Program-made: the position numbers and the translations under genes
The notes under the pieces: model-generated
Databases searched by the model: none
Told to the model about the DNA's origin: nothing
What the model saw: the letters and a program-made list of their open reading frames with translations, nothing else
Part shown: positions 47,112 through 54,700 of the stretch, piece by piece
How positions within the stretch are numbered: the stretch's first letter is position 1
Layout of the letters: every line of letters starts with the position of its first letter
Source of the DNA: an uncultured Bacteroidales bacterium
GTDB taxonomy: Bacteria; Bacteroidota; Bacteroidia; Bacteroidales; P3
Direction: 5' to 3'
NCBI GenBank assembly: GCA_937884485.1
Contig: CALGCG010000024.1
Location: 20,868 to 84,867, forward strand
DNA: 64,000 nucleotides

Positions 47112-47217
47112 TGTGTTGTTCTGTCGCCCCGGCGGGGCTCTGTGTTCTCTTGTCCTTTTGTGTTCCGTGTGCTCACGCCCACGGCTATTGACTTTCGCCC
47201 CTTTCGGGGCTCCGGCC

Positions 47218-48387
47218 TCACGCCGAGTGCTTCCTGTGGAACAGGATGTTCCCCACGATACCCCAAAAGTATTTCCAGTCGGTGCGGAAAGGGGCTTCGA
47301 GGTAGGCTTCGAGGTAGCGGCGTTCGCTTGCCTGTATCTCGTCGAGGGTCTCCGGGGTCGTGGCCTCGTAGTAGAACGGCGGCAGCAGGCCTGGCTTGGT
47401 GCGTGTGCGCAGCTCCTGCATCTCGGGGGTGTAGAGACTGAAATATTGATTGCTCAGCGGACGCACGCCCACCAACTTGAGGTCGCCTCGCAGGATGTTC
47501 CACACCATGGGCAGTTCGTCGAGCCATGTGCGACGCAGGATGCGCCCCATGGTGCTCACGCGGTAGTCGTCCTTGAACTTGCCACCGCTCTGCAGGTGTT
47601 GGTATTGGTAGACGTAGGGCTGTATGTATTCCGAGTAGTTGTACATCGTGCGGAATTTGTGCACGATGATTTCTTTGCCCCCTTTGCCGCGTCGGCGCAG
47701 GTGGATGATGGGCGAACCCAGCGGCGGCTCGTCCTGCACAGGGGCTTTGGTTTTGCGTGCCACCACGAAGAACTCGCCGTAGCGGAACTGCTCGTCGAGC
47801 ACTTCGAATCCGGCGCGATAGAGGCGGCCGAGGATCTCCACGCGGGTGAAGGTGCGGCTCTTGCCGTGGGTGAGGCTGTAGTAGAGCTTGTGCGTCAGGC
47901 GCAGCTTGGGAGCCACGCGGTTCCACAGGTAGTCGGCCCCGAGCATCACCGTTCTCACACCCCATGGGTACTTCTTCTTGATGATTTGGCGTTTCAGCGC
48001 TGCCGTCATGGAGTGGCAGCAGAGGAAAGCGCCTTCGTCGAGCAGGCTGTTGGCAGTGTAGAAAAAGCGGTTCAGGTCCTCCTGGGTATGCAGCGGACGG
48101 GTGAGGAAAATCAGTTTGGGACGGCGGTCGCCCACGCGGTACTGCAGCGCCTCGGGGGTCGAGGTGGTCAGCGGCACCGCCACCATCTCGGGATACTGGT
48201 CCTTGTGGGTGCTGAGCCACTTGAGGAGTTCCTTCTGCGGCAGGAGTGATGTCTGGCGCAGGATGTCCCTCACCTCCTCGTCGTCGATGTCGTCCACCGA
48301 CAACTTGGCCCCCTGCTCCGTCCCCTGTTCGGAGTAGGCCTTGCGGTCTTCAAACTCGTATTGCAGTTGAAACAGTGCGCGTTTCAT
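47218..48387 (-). CDS. Bacterial sugar-transferase-domain protein (polyprenyl-phosphate glycosyl-1-phosphate transferase homologue) with a hydrophilic N-terminal domain
   Basis: The C-terminal half carries KFRTM, LDELPMVWNILRGDLKLVGVRP and PGLLPPFY motifs. The N-terminal 200 aa or so are hydrophilic, and no long hydrophobic helix is visible. Confidence 0.8.
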   Translation of the reverse strand: MKRALFQLQYEFEDRKAYSEQGTEQGAKLSVDDIDDEEVRDILRQTSLLPQKELLKWLSTHKDQYPEMVAVPLTTSTPEALQYRVGDRRPKLIFLTRPLHTQEDLNRFFYTANSLLDEGAFLCCHSMTAALKRQIIKKKYPWGVRTVMLGADYLWNRVAPKLRLTHKLYYSLTHGKSRTFTRVEILGRLYRAGFEVLDEQFRYGEFFVVARKTKAPVQDEPPLGSPIIHLRRRGKGGKEIIVHKFRTMYNYSEYIQPYVYQYQHLQSGGKFKDDYRVSTMGRILRRTWLDELPMVWNILRGDLKLVGVRPLSNQYFSLYTPEMQELRTRTKPGLLPPFYYEATTPETLDEIQASERRYLEAYLEAPFRTDWKYFWGIVGNILFHRKHSA

Positions 48388-48407
48388 GTGTTGCTAAGTT
48401 TCCTGTT

Positions 48408-48932
48408 TTACTCTGCTGCATCCACTTTTTTCAGCAGGCTTGGGTGGATGTAGGTGGTGGCTACGGCCACCACGCCGGCGATGGTCACCACCAGTCGGCG
48501 GTCTTTCTTGATGCGTTTGATGTGTCCTTCGGCGCCCTTGAAGGGTCCGTCGGTCACCACCACGCGGTCGCCCAGGTGATACTCCGGACGGTCGTCGCCG
48601 AGCAGCGTAAGGCCCTGTTGCCCGGCGGTCACCACAAACTGGAATATCTCCATTTCGCGGTCGCGTATCACCGCCGGTTGGCGGCTGCCGGCAAGGCGGT
48701 AGAGGTAGATGCCGTCGGCGTGGGCGGCCATGAAAACCCACAACTCCTCTTCGCTGCAGCGCAGGAAGAGCAATGATTTGATTATCTCCACCGGCGCGAA
48801 AAACTCCAGTCCGGCGGCCTTGCAGTCGACAATCAGCGGTTGCACTTTGTTGTAGAAGACCCTCAGGGCGTACCAGTGCTGCTCGCTGTCGGTGGTGGAG
48901 TTTGTGTTCATAGCCTCGTCGTGCTTCTGCAT
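48408..48932 (-). CDS. upxY: UpxY-family (NusG-like) transcription antiterminator
   Basis: WYALRVFYNK... NGN-like start and KOW-like LGDRVVVTDGPFKGAEGHIKRIKKDRRLVV. First gene of the glycan block. An alternative start is at 48911. The longer listed ORF (to 49259) is Arg/Lys-rich and unlikely to be real. Confidence 0.8.
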   Translation of the reverse strand: MQKHDEAMNTNSTTDSEQHWYALRVFYNKVQPLIVDCKAAGLEFFAPVEIIKSLLFLRCSEEELWVFMAAHADGIYLYRLAGSRQPAVIRDREMEIFQFVVTAGQQGLTLLGDDRPEYHLGDRVVVTDGPFKGAEGHIKRIKKDRRLVVTIAGVVAVATTYIHPSLLKKVDAAE

Positions 48933-49109
48933 TTTCTGTGTTGCGGTTGGGACAATCCTCCCTCTCCCCCAGGCATTGGCCTGAAGTCCCCGGCAGGTAT
49001 ATCGGTCGGTCGTGTTCCGTTTTTTTCGGACACCCCTATCCAAGGGCGTTGCCTCAACCGCGTGGTTTTCAGCGGGGAATATGATTTTCCCTACATTGCA
49101 GCCATGGTG

Positions 49110-49141
49110 CAAATATACATGTTTTTTTATAATTATACAAA
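49110..49141 (-). promoter_or_regulatory. Putative Bacteroides-type promoter of the glycan locus
   Basis: The minus strand reads TTTG, then 20 nt, then TATATTTG. This matches the -33 TTTG / -7 TAnnTTTG consensus with canonical spacing. It leaves a leader of about 170 nt before upxY. Confidence 0.5.
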
Positions 49142-49407
49142 TTGTTTTGCGCTTTTTGACCCGACGCCTCTGTTTTGCCCCTCGTTTCCCGTCTGTCAAT
49201 TGCCTTCCATCAGAGCCTGAAAAATTAAATCGTGCACGATTTATTCCATTTCCGTCCAACCCTCTCCATGCCAGTCGGGGCAGTTTGCCTTTTTTTGGCG
49301 AAATGTTAAAATGTTAGTTCAAAATTTGCTTAAAATACACAATATCAATATGTTATAGTGTTAAAATATGCTTAATTAACTGTTATTTAGCAGATAAAAG
49401 GCACCCT

Positions 49408-49451
49408 CTCTTACTCCTCTCTTACCCTTCTCTTTATCCTCTCCTTATCCT
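49408..49451. repeat. Four 11-nt pyrimidine-rich tandem units
   Basis: ctcttactcct, ctcttaccctt, ctctttatcct and ctccttatcct. Confidence 0.9.
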
Positions 49452-49574
49452 CAATTACTTTTTTAAGACAAAATAAAGGGAGGATAAAAATATGTCGTAT
49501 ACGATGTATTTCGTTTTTCCGAGGTGGTTGCATGCTTCCTTTCGGGAGGGGAGGGCAGGCCTTTTTGCGGGAGC

Positions 49575-49613
49575 AAAAAAAAATAAGCCGGCAGGGGTGG
49601 TTCCTGCCGGCTT
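49575..49613 (-). terminator. Rho-independent terminator of the peptidase-like gene
   Basis: Stem aagccggcagg / cctgccggctt (49585-49595 with 49603-49613) with a 7-nt loop. On the minus strand it is followed by a U10 run (plus-strand A10 at 49575-49584). Confidence 0.8.
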
Positions 49614-49663
49614 GCGGTATGGGTGGGGTGTTTGGCCCCGCATGGGCGGGGTCTGGCGTGGGC

Positions 49664-51310
49664 TCAGAGGCCCAGCACGTCGGCACCCTGTTTGTAGACG
49701 ATGTCGCGCGGGATGTTGGCGTCGCGGATCTGGTCGAGGACCTTCTGGAGGTCGGCGCTGATGTTGCCGTTCTTGTCGCTGTAGGCCTTGGCGGCGGCAG
49801 CGTCGCCCTCGCCTTCCATGGCGATGATGATGGCGGCCCAGCCGCGGGCGGCCTCGCGGGCTTTCTCGACGTCGATGACGTACTTGCCGTTCTCGTTGAT
49901 GCTGAAGGCACCGTGCTCGAGGAAGTAGTTGTAGCACATGATATTGGCGCGGCCGTGGGCCTCGGTGGCGCCGAAGCGGACCGAGCGGAGCAGGCCGGCG
50001 ATGAAGGTGATGTAGTTCTGGGCGATGGTGGTGTTGGTGATTTCGCCGCGCTCGATGAGCTGCTCGGTGAGGAAGAGTCCGCAGACGTCAGCCTTGGCTT
50101 CCTCCCAGGCGCTGTACTGTGCGCCGAGGGCCTCGCGGCAGGCGCCGCGGCCGGTGACGGTGTTCTTGATGCCCAGGCCGTGGGCCACTTCGTGGTAGCA
50201 GGTGTTGCCGAAGAAGGCGTTGAAGGTCACGCTGTCCACCTGTTCGGGGCAGAGGATGAGGTTGGCGATGGGCACCATGATGTTGTCGTACTTGGCGCGC
50301 ATGGCGTTCTTGAGCTGCAGGCGGCGGCTGCCTTTGGCCAGCTGCACGCGCTCGTCGTTGGGCAGGTTGATGGCGATGGTCTTGGAGCCCGCGTTGCAGT
50401 CGCCGGCGTAGTAGACCACGTCGTAGACGTTGATGTCGCAGTCGGTGCCGGGCACTTCCTTCTTATATTTGGGGTCGCAGGGCAGGAGTTTCTGCATTTC
50501 GGGGAGCATGGCGGCGAATTTGCTGAGGTCGTTGCTCCACTGCTCGTCTTTGACCAGCACGAAGGCCTCGTGGCTGCACTTCAGGCCGTTGATGCCGTCG
50601 TCGTAGTTCTCGATGGGTCCCACGACGAAGTCCAGTTTGCTGTCTTTCATGTCCATCCAGACCATGTCGCTCTCGAAGTAGTCGTCGGTCTTGAAGGCCT
50701 CGCGGCGGGCCATGAGGTACTTCTTCAGGCCCTCGTTGTCGGCCAGGGCGATGGCTTTCTCCATCAGGGCGTCGACCTTGGCGAGCTCGGTCTTGTAGGC
50801 CTCGTGGTAGGGCAGGACGTAGAGCTGGCCCTGCTCGTTGCGGCGGATGACGCTGTACTGGCTGTTCTTCAGGGTGTCCTCAAGGGCGTCGAACTCCTCG
50901 CGGGTCATGTCCTGGGGGTAGAAGTTGCAGCCGGCGGGGCGCTCGCCGTAGCCGGGGAGGAAGGGTTTCTCCTCGGAGAGGCGGTCCCAGGCGCCGTACT
51001 GGATGCGGGCGAAGGCGCGCATGGCGGGGTCGCAGAGGGTGTCGATGGCGTCGCGGTTGGCGTAGCCGAAGTATTCGTCCCAGTAGATGTCGTCCATCAC
51101 CTTGCCGATCTCGATGAAGATTTTCACGAGTTCCTTCTCGTTGGCGGAGAGGTTCTGGATGAGGTCGGACTTCAGTTCGAAGACGGCGTACTCGTCCACT
51201 TTCTGTTGAATTTCGGGGTCGGCAGGGCAGTCGGTAACCGCTTTTTTGTTCTGGCAACCCACGGCGGCAAACATTGTCACAGCCATAGCTAAAATTGATA
51301 ATTTCTTCAT
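49664..51310 (-). CDS. Zn-metallopeptidase-like lipoprotein (HExxH), possibly DPP3/M49-related
   Basis: From Met 51310: lipoprotein signal MKKLSILAMAVTMFAAVGC. HEVAHGLG motif. The family assignment is from memory only. Confidence 0.5.
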   Translation of the reverse strand: MKKLSILAMAVTMFAAVGCQNKKAVTDCPADPEIQQKVDEYAVFELKSDLIQNLSANEKELVKIFIEIGKVMDDIYWDEYFGYANRDAIDTLCDPAMRAFARIQYGAWDRLSEEKPFLPGYGERPAGCNFYPQDMTREEFDALEDTLKNSQYSVIRRNEQGQLYVLPYHEAYKTELAKVDALMEKAIALADNEGLKKYLMARREAFKTDDYFESDMVWMDMKDSKLDFVVGPIENYDDGINGLKCSHEAFVLVKDEQWSNDLSKFAAMLPEMQKLLPCDPKYKKEVPGTDCDINVYDVVYYAGDCNAGSKTIAINLPNDERVQLAKGSRRLQLKNAMRAKYDNIMVPIANLILCPEQVDSVTFNAFFGNTCYHEVAHGLGIKNTVTGRGACREALGAQYSAWEEAKADVCGLFLTEQLIERGEITNTTIAQNYITFIAGLLRSVRFGATEAHGRANIMCYNYFLEHGAFSINENGKYVIDVEKAREAARGWAAIIIAMEGEGDAAAAKAYSDKNGNISADLQKVLDQIRDANIPRDIVYKQGADVLGL

Positions 51311-51352
51311 TATTAATAATTTTAAATGTTGTTGCTTGTTAAAATATTTTTG

Positions 51353-51360
51353 CAAAGGTA
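51353..51360 (-). promoter_or_regulatory. -7-like box TACCTTTG upstream of the peptidase-like gene
   Basis: Minus-strand TAnnTTTG match, 42 nt before the ATG at 51310. No canonically spaced -33. Confidence 0.35.
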
Positions 51361-51367
51361 CATTTTT

Positions 51368-51398
51368 TTTGTCAATTTAAAAAAAAGTTGTACTTTTG
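51368..51398 (+). promoter_or_regulatory. Putative Bacteroides-type promoter of tRNA-Ser
   Basis: TTTG (51368-51371), then 19 nt, then TACTTTTG (51391-51398). The tRNA starts 31 nt downstream. Confidence 0.55.
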
Positions 51399-51428
51399 CA
51401 CCCGATTTTTGAATCAAAAATCATCCAC

Positions 51429-51516
51429 GGAAAGGTGCTCGAGTGGTTGAAGAGGCCCGCCTGGAAAGCGAGTAAGCGTTAAAAGCGCTTCAAGGGTTCG
51501 AATCCCTTCCTTTCCG
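51429..51516 (+). tRNA. tRNA-Ser (anticodon GGA)
   Basis: Acceptor stem ggaaagg/cctttcc with a 3-bp D-stem. Anticodon loop cuGGAaa and a long variable arm (class II). T-arm aaggg-ttcgaat-ccctt, discriminator G, and CCA encoded at 51517-51519. Confidence 0.9.
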
Positions 51517-51521
51517 CCAAG

Positions 51522-51562
51522 AGAAGTTGCAGACAATATGATTTGCAACTTCTTTTTATTTT
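51522..51562 (+). terminator. Rho-independent terminator after tRNA-Ser
   Basis: Stem agaagttgca / tgcaacttct with a 12-nt loop, followed by ttttatttt. Confidence 0.75.
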
Positions 51563-51715
51563 CTTGGTTTTCTGAGGTTTTCCGTTCTTGGCGAAAGTTA
51601 AATAATGTTAAATTGGGTTTGCCTTGTAGACTTTTGGGATTTTTCATGTTATAATAGTATATAGAAAAAACAATTTTTTTTGGATAATTACGTTATGGAA
51701 TACAAACATATTGTT

Positions 51716-54700
51716 ATGAAAGGCAGAAGGTTTTTTGCATTGGCTGTGTTCGTCGTTTCGGCGTTCTCTGTCTATGGGCAGAAGGACTTTGGCGGCAGCC
51801 GTCTGGACACTCTTATTGGCAATGGGCAGTATGCCACGGCCTATCCCTTGGCGCAGGAACAGTATCGGCAGGCGTTGCAGAAAGGCGGGAGCGACCTGCT
51901 TTCGTCGGCCTTCTACCTGACGGCCCTCGACTATGCCTACAGCAAGATTCCCGTGGACTCGGCCCTGGCGCGCTACAGCCTGCTGGCGCACCGCCTGCAG
52001 GGGGTGGACCGCGCGGTGGCCTATGTGTTCCTCTACCAGACGTACCGGAAGCTGTACGATAGGTTCGGCTACCTGATGCATAATCGCGAAAAGCCCTCCG
52101 ACGATCCTATGCGGCATCCCCGTTTTTGGCATTGGCGGCGCATGGAGGACACGCTGAGGGTTTGCGTGGACAGCGTTTTGGCGCAGGCCGAAGCCTTGCG
52201 GACGGCCGATGTGCGGAGCTACAGCTGGATAGGGGTCGGCGAGAACGGCGCGCCCGTGGCCGACAGCAGCCTGCTGGGTACGCTGGTGCAGGCCTTGCTC
52301 AGCCCGTGCCATGCTTTTTCGGATTCTCTGGAGCAGTCGCTCCATCGGCGTGTGTCGGCGTTGTATGCCGACGGCAGCGACGAGATGCGTCTGTGGCTCG
52401 ACCTGTATCGCCTCGAGGGCAACTATCACGATTCTGTCCTTGCAGCCCTCGACAGCCTCAAGCAACACTATATGCCCCGCCTCCAGAGCCTCGAGATGAA
52501 GGCCTGGATGGACTACCGGCGGGCCTTGTGCCTCTCCTACGCCGAGCACAAGGTGGAGGCCGAGCGGCTGTGCCTGGAGGTGGAACGCACCTATGCGGGT
52601 ACCTGCGGCGCCTGTTGGTGCCGCGAGTTGAGACGTGAGATTTGTGCCCCCGGCTTCAAGGTGAGCTACAACACCACCGAGTCGTCGCGCCGCAGCCGTC
52701 TGGCCATGGTGGAGGGGCGAAATATGCGGTGGGTGGATTTCCGCCTCGTGCCCCGCGACAGCGTCCCCGACAGCCTGCGGCGTGCCCATCGGATGGACAC
52801 CCTGCGCACCCTGCCCGCCACGAAGGAGTGGCGGCAGGAGCTGCCCGATGCCGCCGACCACCTGACGCACCGCCACCTGGTGGCCCTGCCGCCGGTGCCG
52901 CAGGGCGACTACTACCTCGTGGCCATGACCGACAGCCTTTTCTGCTACAACGACTACCAGTCGGCCGATGCCGTCTTCATCGCCTATAATTTCGACCGTG
53001 CTGCCGGCAAGATGACGTGCCTGCAGCCCTCGTCGGGCTACCTGGTGGACCGCGTGACGGGCCAGCCGTTGGTGGGTCGCCGTGTGACGCTGCACCTCGA
53101 AGGCACGCTGAGCGACCGCGACCTCCACCGTCGCCAACGCACCGACAAGGAGGGCTATTTCCACTTCCCCGTCTCTTCGTCGCGCTATCTGTTTCAGGTT
53201 GCCAACGGTCTTTCGGCCGATGTGGACGGCTACGAGTATGAATATGGGGATGACCTATACTATCGTGCTGTCCGGTCGAACATGGTGGCCAAACCGGATT
53301 CGAAGCACTTGGAGATTATCATGGCCGACCGCCCCATCTACCGCCTGGGCGACACGGTGCGATTCAGCTGTGTGGCCTACAAGGAGAAGAATAGCGGCGA
53401 GGCGTGGGAGAAGAGGCTGAAACCTGCCTCGAAGGTGAGACTCTTGGCAACCTTTGGCGATACCGACTACGATGCGAAAGACACCCTGTTCCTCACCACC
53501 GACAAGCATGGCCGCTGCTGGGGCGAGTTCGTCATTCCGCCCGACGGGAAGAACGGCACCTACACCCTGCGGGTGGTGGAGCCGGACTATGAAAGCACCC
53601 TGCGGGAGACCTACAATGGCTACTGCGGGGTGGAGGTGGAGGCCTACAAGGCGCCGCGTTTTGCCGTGACGCTCTCCACCACCGCCGAAGGGGCCGCCGA
53701 CACGGGTTCGGCGCGCCGTTTTGGCCAGCCTATCACCGTCTATGGTGCCGCCATGAGTTTCAGCGGTGCACCCATGACGGGGGCGAAGGTGAAGTGGGAG
53801 GTGTCGTGCGAGCGGATGGTCGACCCGTGGCAGAGTACCTCCATAGCCAACAATTTCCCCTATGCCGACAGCCTGGTGGTGGATGACGACGGATTGTTCC
53901 AGTTTACCTTCACCCCCCAGCGCGACGATATTGTCGCCGGGACGCCGGCGCTCCGGACCTATATCTATACCGCCTACGTGCGTGTCATGGATGCCGACGG
54001 CGAACTGCACGAGCAGCGCTTGGCGTTCCATGTGAGCGATGCCGACGGCTACTGCGTGGTTACCACCGACGACCTGAGCCACCTGACGTTCGTCTACAAC
54101 AACTTCGACCATCAGCCCCTGAAAGGCGATGTGCACGTGGAACTCTACCAGCTGCGGCAGCCCGACACGCTGCGTGTGCTCCATCGCCTGATGCAGGAGC
54201 ATCCCGATGCGCGGTGGGTGGGCAGTCGCGCGGCTTTCCGGGAGGCCTTCCCCCATCTGGCCTTCAGCCCCGAGGAGGGCGACCGGCACCTGTGGCCCGT
54301 GGTGGCCAAGCGCTACGAGGGCACCACCGGCGAGCGCCGTCTGGACATCGACGGCTTGCCGTCGGGCCTCTACCGCGTCAGCATCAGCACCCCCGACGGC
54401 GAGCGGCATGACACGCTGATCAACCACGTGGCCCGCGGCGGGAGGGTGACGGGCAACGACGTGGTGTGGTTGCGCTCCACGCCGGACAGGGGGAACCCTT
54501 ACGCGGCTGTCAGCGTCCGCGTGGGCGACACCGTGCGCTTCGAGCTGGGCAGCCCCTTTGGCGAGCAGCCGCTCTACTACTGCGTCAGCCATGCCGCCAA
54601 GGTCTACCGCCGCGGCATGATGGTGCTCGACAGCAGTCGTGCCACCGAGTTTGTCATCCCCGTGACGAGCGATATGAAGGATGGTTTCGTGGTGAACCTG

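Noticed and set aside
48933-49400. An invertible-promoter (fin-site) arrangement upstream of upxY, as in Bacteroides fragilis capsule loci.
   Set aside because: I found no pair of inverted repeats of 15 bp or more flanking the candidate promoter by eye, and no recombinase gene is nearby. This was a manual scan only and should be repeated computationally.
45124-51292. Six overlapping alternate-frame ORFs in this region. On the minus strand: 45124..46137, 46204..47007 and 47108..48220. On the plus strand: 45192..46790, 47038..48249 and 49532..51292.
   Set aside because: Each overlaps a gene with clear motifs (NTase-like, Wzm, sugar transferase, HExxH lipoprotein). Each has Arg/Pro/Gly/Ala-dominated low-complexity sequence.
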